Source: Candidatus Berkelbacteria bacterium CG10_big_fil_rev_8_21_14_0_10_43_13 (GTDB taxonomy: Bacteria; Patescibacteriota; UBA1384; XYA2-FULL-43-10; 1-14-0-10-43-13). From it: DNA of 41,519 nt. Under the pieces are notes generated by a model. The model saw only the letters and a program-made list of their open reading frames with translations. It was not told the DNA's origin and did no database searches. The translations under genes were made by a program, and so were the position numbers. This document shows, one piece after another, positions 27,576 to 38,051 of the stretch. The stretch spans positions 1 to 41,519 of the forward strand of contig PEZW01000028.1 of the NCBI GenBank assembly GCA_002773985.1, in the 5' to 3' direction. Numbering within the stretch: position 1 is the first letter of the stretch; every line of letters begins with the position of its first letter.

Positions 27576-29234
27576 ATGTCAAAGAAGTACATTTTCGTCG
27601 TCGGTGGGGTGATGTCATCTGTTGGCAAAGGTATTGCGACAGCATCAATCGGCACTATTTTGAAATCAAAGGGTTTTCGTGTTACCGCACTCAAGGCTGA
27701 CCCTTATGTCAATGTCGACGCAGGGACGATGAATCCGACTGAGCACGGCGAGGTTTTCGTCACCAAAGATGGCGACGAATGTGATCAGGACATGGGCAAC
27801 TACGAACGATTTCTCGGCGAGGATTTGACGAAAATGAACTATATGACGACCGGTCGAATTTATCAAGCAGTTATCAATCAAGAACGCAATCTCAAATACG
27901 ACGGTAAGTGTGTCCAAGTTGTCCCCCATGTTCCAGAAGAAATTATCTCTCGAATCAACGCCTCAGTTAAAGGGACCAAATCCGAAATTGCTATCATCGA
28001 AATTGGCGGTACTGTCGGTGAATATGAAAATCTACTTTTTCTCGAAGCCGCCAGAATGATGAAATTAAAAAATCCCAAAGATGTCGTTTTTGTTCTCGTC
28101 TCTTACCTGCCTATTCCAGCCAAGGTTGGCGAGATGAAAACAAAACCAACCCAACACGCTTCCCGTGAGTTGAACTCTTGTGGTATTCAGGCTGATTTTA
28201 TTCTTTGCCGAGCCGAAAATCCAATTGATGAAAGACGACGCGAAAAATTGGCAACTTTTTGCTCGATTGATCCAGAAAACGCTATTAGTGCTCCAGATGT
28301 TGACTGTATATATGACATTCCGGTTAATTTTGAAAATGAACATTTTGGCCAAAAAATCCTCAAAAAACTCGGGCTGAGACCAAGGCAAAAAGATTTAGTT
28401 GAGTGGCGACAATTTGTTTCTTTAGCTAAGAGTGCAAAAAAAGAAATCAACATTGGGATCGTCGGCAAATATTTTGAAACTGGGAATTATGTTTTGTCAG
28501 ACTCATACATTTCTGTAATTGAATCAGTCAAAATCGCTGCTTGGACTCAGGGTTTTAGCCCAAAGATGGTTTGGCTCTCCTCGGATGAATATGAGACAAA
28601 TCCTGCAAAATTAAAGGAATTGAGTCAGCTAGACGGCGTCATCGTTCCCGGTGGTTTTGGTTCACGTGGAATTGAGGGCAAAATTTCGGTTGCAAAGTAC
28701 TGTCGTGAGAACAAAATCCCCTATTTTGGTCTTTGCTATGGGATGCAGATCGCAACGATCGAATTTGCTCGCAATGTCTGCAAACTAAAAGATGCTCACA
28801 CTGAGGAGATCAATCCAGAGACTCCCTACCCAGTCATTCACATCATGCCGGAACAAAAATCGAAATTGCGTCACAAAGATTACGGCGGTTCGATGCGTCT
28901 GGGCGAATATGCTTGCCAACTGCAAAAAGGCACAAAAGCCGATGCAGCTTACAGAAACTCTAATTTTCCAATTTCTGACGACAATATCATCTTGGAGCGC
29001 CATCGCCACCGCTACGAAGTGAATAACGACTATCGCGAGCAATTGGAAAAATGCGGTCTGGTCGTCGCCGGTGTCAATCCGGAGCGTGATCTAGTCGAAA
29101 TCATCGAGATCAAAGATCATCCTTTTATGATCGGAACCCAGTTTCATCCCGAGTTTGACTCTCGCCCACTCAGACCACAGCCGCTGTTTAAGGCTTTCAT
29201 CAAGGCGGCCGGCAAGAGACACTCTAGTTCGTAA
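27576..29234 (+). CDS. pyrG: CTP synthase
   Basis: KYIFV.GGV.SS.GKG, DPY.NVDAGTMNP.EHGEVFV, KTKPTQH, GLCYGMQ, ERHRHRYE, QFHPEF. Confidence 0.99.
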   Translation: MSKKYIFVVGGVMSSVGKGIATASIGTILKSKGFRVTALKADPYVNVDAGTMNPTEHGEVFVTKDGDECDQDMGNYERFLGEDLTKMNYMTTGRIYQAVINQERNLKYDGKCVQVVPHVPEEIISRINASVKGTKSEIAIIEIGGTVGEYENLLFLEAARMMKLKNPKDVVFVLVSYLPIPAKVGEMKTKPTQHASRELNSCGIQADFILCRAENPIDERRREKLATFCSIDPENAISAPDVDCIYDIPVNFENEHFGQKILKKLGLRPRQKDLVEWRQFVSLAKSAKKEINIGIVGKYFETGNYVLSDSYISVIESVKIAAWTQGFSPKMVWLSSDEYETNPAKLKELSQLDGVIVPGGFGSRGIEGKISVAKYCRENKIPYFGLCYGMQIATIEFARNVCKLKDAHTEEINPETPYPVIHIMPEQKSKLRHKDYGGSMRLGEYACQLQKGTKADAAYRNSNFPISDDNIILERHRHRYEVNNDYREQLEKCGLVVAGVNPERDLVEIIEIKDHPFMIGTQFHPEFDSRPLRPQPLFKAFIKAAGKRHSSS

Positions 29235-29344
29235 AGTTACAAAGTTTGTAAAGTAAAAAGTTGCGAATTGTCACGTGACGCTATTTTGTTTGTGATCTTG
29301 ATATGAGCGAAGTGTGAAATTAACAACACAATATTTTACTTGAT

Positions 29345-29398
29345 TAAAAATTACATACAAAATTGAAACGGTCGTTTCAATTTTGTATGTAATTTTTA
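29345..29398. repeat. 54-bp palindrome centred on ACGGTCGT
   Basis: taaaaattacatacaaaattgaaacg-gt-cgtttcaattttgtatgtaattttta, between convergent genes. Confidence 0.95.
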
Positions 29399-29407
29399 TA
29401 TTGAGAA

Positions 29408-31945
29408 TTATTTTTCCCTGTTTACCATAAACTCTTTGATTAGTTCAGCGACCAAGAACGAGATAATTACGAAGCCCACGATCGTCAGGCTCTCGTTTAA
29501 TGTCAGACTGACCAGGCCAAAAACTGGAGCCAGCGGCGCAGTAAAGATTAGCAGTTGAATAATTATAATAATTATTGCACTGACGAGCAGATATTTGTTC
29601 TCGAAAAAGCCTTTGAAATCGCGCCAAATCGGCTCACGGTTACGGATTGAAAAGGCATAGCCAAGCTCAACAAAGATTATAAAAACAAAGACAAGCGTCC
29701 TCGCTTTTGCAATTGAGAAATTGAGTCCCCACAGGTATAGGCCAAGACTAAGAATAAAAGAGAGCACAGTCAGGGCTAGGGCGTATTTGATCGACTTCTT
29801 GAGCGAATTTGTATTGACTGGTCGCGGTTTTTGCCGCAATACACTCCGACTCGGCTTCTCAAACGCCAGCGTGATGCCAGAGATATTTTCTGTCACCATA
29901 TTGTTCCACAAAATCTGCATCGTCAGAAGTGGCACTGGTAGACCAAAGAGAAAAGCAATGATAATCAGGGTTACTTCGTTGAAATTACCAGAGATAAGCA
30001 AGGTGACAACATTGCGGATGTTATCGTGAATAGTCCTGCCGTATTCTACGGCCGAGACGATCGTTCCGTAGTGATCGTCCGCCAGGACAATATCTGAGGC
30101 ATCCTTGGCGATGTCAGTGCCTCGGAGCCCCATGCTAATGCCGACGTCGGCTTTCTTCAGCGCCGGGGCATCATTTGTGCCGTCCCCTGTCACCGCAACA
30201 GAATAGCCATTTTCACGCAAAGCCGAGACGATGTTTATCTTGTCTTCCGGTGTGACTCGAGCAAAAACTTTGACTTTTTGCAGCGCGATCGCTAGTTCTT
30301 TTTTATTTAAATGTTCAAGCTCTTCGCCGGAAATTATCTCGTCGTCAGAAGCATCGAATCCAACCGAGTTTGCAACCGCCTTGGCCGTCTCTAGGTGGTC
30401 TCCAGTAATCATGATCGGGCGAATGCCGGCCGCAATCGTCTTCTCTATCGCCTCTTTGACCCCAAAACCGGCCTCATCAGCAAAAGCCATCAAACCAAGA
30501 AATTTCAAGCCACGCAGAGTGCTCGACGCGCCGGCATCTAATTTTTTCTCAGCCAAAGCCAGAACCTTGAAACCAGTGCTGCTTAATTCCTTGGTCGTTT
30601 CCAGAATTTTTAATTGCTCTCCTTTCCGACAATCACAGAGCTGAACAATTTTTTCTGGCGCACCCTTGGCAATAAGATATTTACGATTGCCAATTTTGAC
30701 CGTCACGGCCATAAACTTTTTCAGTGAACTAAATGGTATCTCGGTAATTTTTTTAAACTTTGATTGAGTTTTTTTATTTTTTGCCAGCGAGGCAGCGATC
30801 GCTCGATCAACTGCATCGCCTGACGAAACATTGGTGCAGGCTAAACTTTTTTCAAGAAAATCGACTGTAGCAGGCGCTGAATGTGACGACTGCTTTTCTA
30901 GGTCTTTTCCAGCTAAGTATACTGCCGAAAGTGATAGCTCGTTTTTGGTCAACGTTCCAGTCTTGTCAGTCGCGATCACATTGACACTACCGAGTGCTTC
31001 AATCACGGCCAGCCGCCGGACGATCGCCTTTTTTTGAGCCATCCTTGAGACACCGACAGAAAGAGCAAGTGTAATTGCCGTCGGCAGACTTTCAGGCACC
31101 ATGCCGACAAGTAGAGCAATAGTAAAAGTCGAGAGTTCCCAAACAGGCATATTTGAGCGCCAGCCAAAGATAAAGATGACTGCTGCGAGAACGATGGCGA
31201 TCAGGCCCAAAACTTTCGCTAAATACAAAATTTCTTTTTCCAGGTGTGTTTTCTCTTCTCCAACCTCGACCAAACCAGCAATTTTGCCAAATTCGGTCTG
31301 ATCAGCAACAGCAACGACAACCCCGCGACCATGTCCGGCAGCAATCAATGTGCCGGCATACACCATGTTGCTACGGTCAGCTAGAGCCGTCTCGATCTTA
31401 CAAGCAGTAGTCTGTTTTGGAACTTCAAGTGATTCACCGGTCAGAGCCGATTCGTCGACAGTAAGCGACTCTGTTTTAATCAAGCGAAGATCAGCGGGCA
31501 CTTTATTACCATCGGACAGCTCGATAATATCACCAACAACTATCTTTTCGTTCTCAATATTTCTACCTTTTCCGTCGCGAATTACCGAGGTGTTGGCTTG
31601 GTATGACCGAGCCAGATCAAGCATCGACTTCTCAGCATGATATTCCTGAAAAAAACCAAGCAAAATATTTATTACGATGATAAAAAGCAGGACCAAGGCT
31701 TGCAACATTCCGTCAGCAAAATATGAAATAGCGGCGGCGACAAAAAGAAGCCAGATAAACAGATTGCCAAATTGACGCAGAAATATCTCAAATGCCGAGA
31801 TATTTTTGCGTTTTGAGAGAGCGTTTGGACCGTTCTTTTCCAAAAGAGCTTCGGCCTTTTTCTGCGTCAAACCAAGCTCAGCACTTGTCTCAAAGTGTTT
31901 GACGACATCACTGGATGACCATTGATAAAATTGATATTGCTTCAA
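29408..31945 (-). CDS. Cation-transporting P-type ATPase (type II-like)
   Basis: DESALTGES, PESLP, DKTGTLT, KGAPE, MITGDH, TGDGTNDAPALKKADVG; TTG start after a GGAGGGG RBS. Confidence 0.96.
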   Translation of the reverse strand: MKQYQFYQWSSSDVVKHFETSAELGLTQKKAEALLEKNGPNALSKRKNISAFEIFLRQFGNLFIWLLFVAAAISYFADGMLQALVLLFIIVINILLGFFQEYHAEKSMLDLARSYQANTSVIRDGKGRNIENEKIVVGDIIELSDGNKVPADLRLIKTESLTVDESALTGESLEVPKQTTACKIETALADRSNMVYAGTLIAAGHGRGVVVAVADQTEFGKIAGLVEVGEEKTHLEKEILYLAKVLGLIAIVLAAVIFIFGWRSNMPVWELSTFTIALLVGMVPESLPTAITLALSVGVSRMAQKKAIVRRLAVIEALGSVNVIATDKTGTLTKNELSLSAVYLAGKDLEKQSSHSAPATVDFLEKSLACTNVSSGDAVDRAIAASLAKNKKTQSKFKKITEIPFSSLKKFMAVTVKIGNRKYLIAKGAPEKIVQLCDCRKGEQLKILETTKELSSTGFKVLALAEKKLDAGASSTLRGLKFLGLMAFADEAGFGVKEAIEKTIAAGIRPIMITGDHLETAKAVANSVGFDASDDEIISGEELEHLNKKELAIALQKVKVFARVTPEDKINIVSALRENGYSVAVTGDGTNDAPALKKADVGISMGLRGTDIAKDASDIVLADDHYGTIVSAVEYGRTIHDNIRNVVTLLISGNFNEVTLIIIAFLFGLPVPLLTMQILWNNMVTENISGITLAFEKPSRSVLRQKPRPVNTNSLKKSIKYALALTVLSFILSLGLYLWGLNFSIAKARTLVFVFIIFVELGYAFSIRNREPIWRDFKGFFENKYLLVSAIIIIIIQLLIFTAPLAPVFGLVSLTLNESLTIVGFVIISFLVAELIKEFMVNREK

Positions 31946-31982
31946 GTCCCCTCCATTTCAATTGATGGCCGTGAATAACCAC

Positions 31983-33800
31983 CTACGGTGTTGGCGGTGG
32001 CGTTTCAGTTGGTGCCGGCGGCCCAACTAGCCACTGTTCAGCAATGGCGGTGTAAACTGAGTGAAAACCTTTGTCTTGCAAGACGGTACCATCAGTAGCT
32101 TTGACTGTGTATTGAAAGTCAGTCGTCGCACCTTGGTGTGAGTGACCAACCAGCTTTTTTTCGCCCGGCTGCAGAGTATCGCTGGCAGTCTCGACTGGTG
32201 GTGGTGGTTCAACATAATTGGATACAACGGGGGTGGACATCGTGACGGAGCGCCCATCCTTCGTCCCATAAAATGTAAATGTAAGTTTGGTCCCAACAAT
32301 CTGAGACTGGATGAGAATGTAGCTCGAAAAGTTGTTTACAAACTTAAAATCAGGTGAAGGGTCAAAAATTGTTGCATCCATTCCTGCCGGCGGTTCATAA
32401 TAACTGACACGATAAGCGTGATTGCGCCGCTCGGTAATTTTCATCCCTGAGTTCATCGACGCTCGGAAAAGAGTTGTCGAAACCTGGCAGAGCCCACCGC
32501 CAAAGTCAGGAACGGTTTTGTCATTCTTGATCACCAGCTCGGGTAGATAGCCGGTTGAAGCATCGATTTTACCCAGGTGTCCCAAAGTCGAAAATGTTTC
32601 ACCAGGCTTCAAAAGCACACCATTGATCGCCGCGGTGCCAATGGTAATGTTGTGAACTCGATTGCTCGGAGAGTTGTAAAAGCTTGTTGTTCCACTCCCG
32701 ACAACCTCAGTAATGCCATATGTTGAGATATCATCGGAGGTGACATCTGCCTGTTTTGTCGCGATAGTTAGATTTATCAAACCGGCGTCGACGACTGCAC
32801 TATCGTTGATCCTAGCAAAAAGTGCACTCTGAATATCAGTAATAGTTTTGACTTGATCTAATGTCTTACCAGCTTGCGAAAGTTGAAAGACTCCGACCTT
32901 TCCGTCTGAAATTGTCAGCTTAGCATCTCTCGGTACTACGTCTATACTTGTGGCTAGCTGAGAAACAAAGTTCTTGACACGTTCTGTGTTGAGAACCAGA
33001 TTTAGATCATCGTTATTTGGCTGAGAGATGATGAAGCCGCCAAGCGTATCTGCATCTGCAGTGAAATCAGCTGCGCCAGACTTGAGTGTCAAATCTCCAC
33101 CAGCCAAAATCTTGTTGGCGTCACTCAATGCTCGTTTTGCGTTCTCTTCTGCGATTTGAGGCTGATACTTCTCGAGTGAAAATGAATATTCACTGATTTT
33201 AATTTTTGATACTTGGTTTTTTATCTGCCTGCTAATTTCACTCTGATCCACTCTCTCTCCAGCCGTCCGATCGGTCGATAGTTGAAATTTCTCATCAGAG
33301 TAATAAATCGAATAATCTTTTTCTGGATGATCAAGCTCGGCCGCAATCGCAATGATCTTTTGATCTAGCGCATCGCTGTTTAAAGTGTAAACTGCAGAAT
33401 GATCACTTCTAGTAAAAACAGTTTTTATTTGTTCTTTTAGAGCTGTAACCGCACTTTTATTGCGTCCGCCTGACCAAATTACTGCAACTGTCGCATCGAC
33501 ATCATAGTTGAGACCAATCTCTGCTGGATTAATCTCGTATGTTTTTCCAGAATCAGAATTTTTCAGGGTCAATGTTGACCCGCTAGTTTTAGCAATCCTT
33601 TTTTTGATCAATGTCGTCAAGTCGGTCCGACTCAAACCGGAAAGTTTGGTCTCGCCTAGATATTGGTTGCGGTAGACTTTTGAATTAAAAGATATCGAAT
33701 AGATAGCAAAAGACAAAAGCACTAAAACCAAAAAGGCTCCTACTGCCAGTAGAGTGATTTTGACTGATTTGCGCTTGAAAAATTTATGTCTGATCTTCAC
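31983..33800 (-). CDS. VanW-family protein with peptidoglycan-binding repeats
   Basis: N-terminal TM anchor; NRVHNI, PGETFS, GGGLCQVSTTLFR, ERRNH, G.DATI..P..DFKF.N. Confidence 0.92.
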   Translation of the reverse strand: MKIRHKFFKRKSVKITLLAVGAFLVLVLLSFAIYSISFNSKVYRNQYLGETKLSGLSRTDLTTLIKKRIAKTSGSTLTLKNSDSGKTYEINPAEIGLNYDVDATVAVIWSGGRNKSAVTALKEQIKTVFTRSDHSAVYTLNSDALDQKIIAIAAELDHPEKDYSIYYSDEKFQLSTDRTAGERVDQSEISRQIKNQVSKIKISEYSFSLEKYQPQIAEENAKRALSDANKILAGGDLTLKSGAADFTADADTLGGFIISQPNNDDLNLVLNTERVKNFVSQLATSIDVVPRDAKLTISDGKVGVFQLSQAGKTLDQVKTITDIQSALFARINDSAVVDAGLINLTIATKQADVTSDDISTYGITEVVGSGTTSFYNSPSNRVHNITIGTAAINGVLLKPGETFSTLGHLGKIDASTGYLPELVIKNDKTVPDFGGGLCQVSTTLFRASMNSGMKITERRNHAYRVSYYEPPAGMDATIFDPSPDFKFVNNFSSYILIQSQIVGTKLTFTFYGTKDGRSVTMSTPVVSNYVEPPPPVETASDTLQPGEKKLVGHSHQGATTDFQYTVKATDGTVLQDKGFHSVYTAIAEQWLVGPPAPTETPPPTP

Positions 33801-33882
33801 GCCGAGTTCAAGCCCGATTTAATTTTATTTCGACTTTATTATAACACAGCTTGGTGAAATTCAGAACACAGAATTCAGTAGT

Positions 33883-34033
33883 TGCTCACTCGCCCTCTTT
33901 GTCATCCTCGGGTTCAACGGTGAAGCTCGAGAGAGAAGCCCGGGGATCCATAAAAAATTTGTGCTACATGGATTCCCGCCGGAGTTTACCCCGTACTCTG
34001 ATACGGGGTGGGAACGACAGATACGAGTGAGCA
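33883..34033. repeat. Composite GTCA-type palindromic element inside a 10-bp inverted repeat
   Basis: tgctcactcg / cgagtgagca outer arms; gtcatcctcggg...cccggggatcca ... tggattccc...gggaacgaca; nested ccccgta...tacgggg. Confidence 0.85.
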
Positions 34034-34108
34034 GTTGCGAAATTTGACTTCTTTTTCAGGATAATGAATAATTAGGATGTTAACAAAAAAAATAAATGAA
34101 ACGGAGGA

Positions 34109-34615
34109 GTGATGGGATGGTGGCCATTTGGTAAGAAAAAAAAGGATGAAACACTTGATGGAGTATTAAGTCAAAGTGCGACACAAAATCAGCCTGCTGA
34201 TGCAAATGCAACCCCAGATCCAGCAACAGCAACTACTACTACTACTGCGGCTCCGACCGATACGCCAGCTGATACTAGTGCTTCCGGTACTACCTCAACC
34301 GCAGCTCCAGCTGATAGTTCGTCACAGGAATTATCAGATATTCCTTCACCGCTCAATCCCGATACAGACACATTACAACCCGCCAGTGACGACACAGCTG
34401 CTGCACCGGCAATATCAGATGTTCCGATCGAACGTGACGCCGTTATTGATTTGCCAGAGCACCCAGCTGCAGCTGAGACCGGTGACGGTTCTGAGCCAAC
34501 ACCACCGGCTACGCCAGACCAATCAACTGATGGTGCCACACCACCGGCTACGCCGACTCCTGCTGCCACAGACGACACGACTCCTGATCAACCAACCCCG
34601 CCGGCACAGCCCTAA
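34109..34615 (+). CDS. Pro/Thr/Ala/Asp-rich low-complexity protein
   Basis: GGAGGAG RBS; MGWWPFGKKKK N-terminus then an acidic disordered sequence; followed by a terminator. Confidence 0.75.
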   Translation: MMGWWPFGKKKKDETLDGVLSQSATQNQPADANATPDPATATTTTTAAPTDTPADTSASGTTSTAAPADSSSQELSDIPSPLNPDTDTLQPASDDTAAAPAISDVPIERDAVIDLPEHPAAAETGDGSEPTPPATPDQSTDGATPPATPTPAATDDTTPDQPTPPAQP

Positions 34616-34630
34616 TCTCGACAAAAGTTT

Positions 34631-34671
34631 ATAAATAAAAAAGTCTCCATCACGGAGACTTTTTTATTTAT
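34631..34671. terminator. Bidirectional intrinsic terminator
   Basis: ataaataaaaaagtctcc-atcac-ggagacttttttatttat between convergent genes. Confidence 0.88.
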
Positions 34672-34685
34672 TGTGTTATGCAAAT

Positions 34686-34925
34686 CTAGTCTGAATTGCT
34701 CAAAATTTCGTTTAGGATTTCTTTTGCCTTTGTCTCACGACGCTTGGTCTCGGCTTTCTCAGTCGCGACAGTTATTATCAAAACTTCACCATCTTTGACT
34801 TCTCTTGGCAACAATTTTGCCGATAACTCGATCTTCTCATCATCAGCATCAAGCAAGACCGCTATATCCCCTTCAGTCCGGTCGAGAGTAAGCTCATGAA
34901 TGGCAGTGTCGTTGGATGATTTCAT
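34686..34925 (-). CDS. DUF3006-like small protein
   Basis: LDRTEGDIAVL...LP.EVKDGEVL...ETKRR pattern. Confidence 0.75.
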   Translation of the reverse strand: MKSSNDTAIHELTLDRTEGDIAVLLDADDEKIELSAKLLPREVKDGEVLIITVATEKAETKRRETKAKEILNEILSNSD

Positions 34926-34935
34926 ATAAAGCTGA

Positions 34936-37044
34936 CTAGCTGATAGACTTGTTGGCCTTCTTCCCACTGAGAAGCATTCCGCCAGCGATGAAAATGATTA
35001 GAACGGCGACGATAATGTATTTGGCAGTTGCGGTGACGGTAGTTGTGATCAGGGTGCTGGCGATCAGCAGGGCGATGATGTTAACAACCTTGATGATCGG
35101 GTTGATCGCTGGACCGGCAGTGTCTTTGTAAGGATCACCGACTGTATCACCGGTGACAGCCGCAGCGTGAGCAAAGGAACCTTTACCACCATGCGCGCCA
35201 TCCTCAATGTATTTCTTGGCATTATCCCAGGCACCACCACCGGAGGTCATCGAGATAGCGACGAAGAGACCGGTGATAATTGCACCGATCAGGAAGCCAC
35301 CCAGAGCAACTGGACCGAGAAGAAAGCCGACCAGAATTGGCGAAACGACGGTAATAACTGATGGCAAAATCATCTCGCGAATAGCAGCCTTGGTCACGAT
35401 ATCGACAGCCGTACCGTACTCCGGCTTCGTCTTGCCCTCCATGATACCCTTGATCTCCTTGAACTGTCGTCGAACTTCGACGACAACCGCACCGGCCGCT
35501 TTGCCGACTGCTTCCATCGCCAATGAGCCGAAGTAATATGGGAGGAGTCCACCGAGGAACAAGCCGACCAAGACGTAAGGATTGGTCAGGTCAAAAGATA
35601 AATGCGAACCGCTATTGGCCAATTTCTGCGTGTAGTCAGAGAAAAGAACCATCGCCGCCAAGGCCGCTGAACCGATGGCATAGCCCTTGGTCACAGCCTT
35701 GGTCGTGTTACCGACAGAATCAAGAGCGTCTGTATGAACACGAACATCGGCAGGTAGCTCTGCCATTTCTGCGATACCGCCAGCGTTGTCAGCCACAGGA
35801 CCGAAGGCGTCGATGGCGACGATGATGCCGGTCATAGACAACATTGCCATCGCCGCAACAGCGATACCGTAAAGACCAGCCAGCGAGTAAGCTGAGAGAA
35901 TGGCGACACAAATCATGATGACAGGAGCAGCAGTTGATCGCATCGAAACGGCCAGGCCGGCGATAACATTGGTACCATGGCCAGTGTTTGATGCCTCAGC
36001 GATAGATTGAACCGGCTTGTAATCCTTTGAAGTGAAATATTCTGTGATGACAACCATCGCTGCAGTTACCAGCAGACCGACAAGAGAGGCAAGATAAAGA
36101 TCTTTGACTGCATAAGTGCCGTTGTCTGTCATCAACCATTTGGTAATGTAGTAAAAAACGATTGCCGAAAGAATACCAGCAACAGCCAAGCCACGGTAAA
36201 GCGTGCCCATGATGTTCTTGGACTTTTTATTCAATTTGACAAACCAGCTACCGATAATCGAGGTCGCGATTGAAGCTGCGCCAAGAACCAGCGGGTACAG
36301 GATAGCATTTTCATAACCTGAGAAGAAAAGGTGTCCCATCAGCATCGTCGCAATAGCAGTGACAGAGTATGTTTCAAACAAATCTGCCGCCATGCCAGCA
36401 CAGTCACCGACATTGTCACCGACATTGTCAGCGATTACGGCTGGATTGCGCGGATCATCCTCGGGAATACCGGCTTCAACTTTACCGACCAGATCAGCGC
36501 CAACATCAGCCGCTTTGGTAAAGATTCCACCACCAAGACGAGCGAAGATTGAGATGAGTGAGCCACCAAAGCCAAGTCCGATCAGAGCATCGATATCTTT
36601 GAAAAAGCTATAGAAACCAGCGACAGCCAGAAGTGCCAAGCCGACGACTAGCAAGCCAGTGACGGTGCCGGATTTAAAGGCGACGTCCATACCAGCTGGC
36701 AAGCCTTTGCGGCAAGCTTCAGCCGTGCGGACATTGCCACGGACCGAAACCATCATGCCGATATAGCCAGCCAAGGCTGAAAAAACCGCACCAACGAGGA
36801 AACCGAGAGCAACTTTATAATTTAGAGCGTAGAGCAGAACGACAAAAAGAATGACAGCGACAACAGCAACAGTCGAATACTGTCTGTTAAGATAGGCCAT
36901 CGCCCCTTCCTGAATCGCCTTGGCGATGTCAGTCATTTTCTTGTTGCCACTTTCCATCTTGCTGATGCGCCGCGCCAGAAGCAGGCCATAGATAATCGAG
37001 ATAGCCGCCATGACAAGCGCTATTGTCATCGAAGTCGTGTACAT
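34936..37044 (-). CDS. hppA: Membrane-bound pyrophosphatase (probably K+-independent, H+-translocating)
   Basis: [67 protein letters not shown]. Confidence 0.97.
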   Translation of the reverse strand: MYTTSMTIALVMAAISIIYGLLLARRISKMESGNKKMTDIAKAIQEGAMAYLNRQYSTVAVVAVILFVVLLYALNYKVALGFLVGAVFSALAGYIGMMVSVRGNVRTAEACRKGLPAGMDVAFKSGTVTGLLVVGLALLAVAGFYSFFKDIDALIGLGFGGSLISIFARLGGGIFTKAADVGADLVGKVEAGIPEDDPRNPAVIADNVGDNVGDCAGMAADLFETYSVTAIATMLMGHLFFSGYENAILYPLVLGAASIATSIIGSWFVKLNKKSKNIMGTLYRGLAVAGILSAIVFYYITKWLMTDNGTYAVKDLYLASLVGLLVTAAMVVITEYFTSKDYKPVQSIAEASNTGHGTNVIAGLAVSMRSTAAPVIMICVAILSAYSLAGLYGIAVAAMAMLSMTGIIVAIDAFGPVADNAGGIAEMAELPADVRVHTDALDSVGNTTKAVTKGYAIGSAALAAMVLFSDYTQKLANSGSHLSFDLTNPYVLVGLFLGGLLPYYFGSLAMEAVGKAAGAVVVEVRRQFKEIKGIMEGKTKPEYGTAVDIVTKAAIREMILPSVITVVSPILVGFLLGPVALGGFLIGAIITGLFVAISMTSGGGAWDNAKKYIEDGAHGGKGSFAHAAAVTGDTVGDPYKDTAGPAINPIIKVVNIIALLIASTLITTTVTATAKYIIVAVLIIFIAGGMLLSGKKANKSIS

Positions 37045-37262
37045 AATCTCTCCCACATTAATTTAAATTAAAAATGCTGAATCACGAATAAACCTTCATA
37101 ATCCAATAACTTTTAATTTAAACTTCCATCAGTGCCAACTTACCACAAGCACAAAATTTCTTCAATCTTGACGAAAGATAATAATTGTTGTAAAAGTAAT
37201 TATGCCCGACCCGAAGCTCGGCAAATCGCCGAGTTGCTATTCTACCGACTCAGGAGAGCCAA

Positions 37263-37892
37263 ATGACTGACAGTAGAGCCTGCTCGGTCTACCTGCAACT
37301 ACAGGAGATCGACGGAGGGATGGTTGAAGACGGTGACGAACTGAAAGTTGGTCGCTACTACAAGCTCGTCGTCGAAGACCTCTCGAGCGGAGCTGACCGC
37401 CTCGATCCCGAGTGCGGTATCACCGTGACGACAACTCTCAATGGGAACGAACTGCGAACCTTCTTCGACCCGCAAACCACGATAGCTCGGATTGCGGAGG
37501 AGGGGGTGTATGTCGTCAGCCTCAAGATTCCGGGTCGCAACGAACCGGTGGTCTTGACTCTGATTGCCGGCCCTCCACCAGTCTTCGAGTCACAGATCGA
37601 GGTTTACATGGAAGCTGGCGGTATCCACAAGGTCAAGGCGACACCAAGAAATCCTGTCCGGGTACTGATGAGTGTACAGGTCCGAGTGTTTGGCATCGTC
37701 CAGGGCGAGGCCAGACGTGAGTTGAACGCCGACAGAATCGCTGTGTTCGGACCTGATGGCAAGGAGCACAGTCTCAACAAGACCTTCGCCCGGTTTAATC
37801 CGGTTGAACCTGGTCTACACCGAATCGTCTGCCACGTCCACGGTGACAACGATGGACTCCTCGTCGAGACTGAGCTCGAGGTTGTCCAGTAA
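37263..37892 (+). CDS. Hypothetical protein with two Ig/filamin-like beta-sandwich repeats (GC-rich cassette)
   Basis: AGGAG RBS; promoter TTGACG-17-TAAAAG (37168-37196); IAVFGPDG...FNPVEPGLHRIVCHVHG; 3' hairpin at 37930-37960. Confidence 0.72.
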   Translation: MTDSRACSVYLQLQEIDGGMVEDGDELKVGRYYKLVVEDLSSGADRLDPECGITVTTTLNGNELRTFFDPQTTIARIAEEGVYVVSLKIPGRNEPVVLTLIAGPPPVFESQIEVYMEAGGIHKVKATPRNPVRVLMSVQVRVFGIVQGEARRELNADRIAVFGPDGKEHSLNKTFARFNPVEPGLHRIVCHVHGDNDGLLVETELEVVQ

Positions 37893-37983
37893 GGCCGGCG
37901 GCTTGCCTCGTTCAGAAAAGTCGCAGAGCAGACGTCCGCCCCCATGAAGGGCGGACATCTAGCGTTTAATAAATATTCTTACC

Positions 37984-38023
37984 GTCATTGCGAGATCTTG
38001 ACAAGTCTGGATCTCACAATGAT
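37984..38023. repeat. Short GTCA-type palindromic element
   Basis: gtcattgcgagatc ... gatctcacaatgat. Confidence 0.65.
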
Positions 38024-38051
38024 CGCTTGAAATATACTTATAACTTAATAA

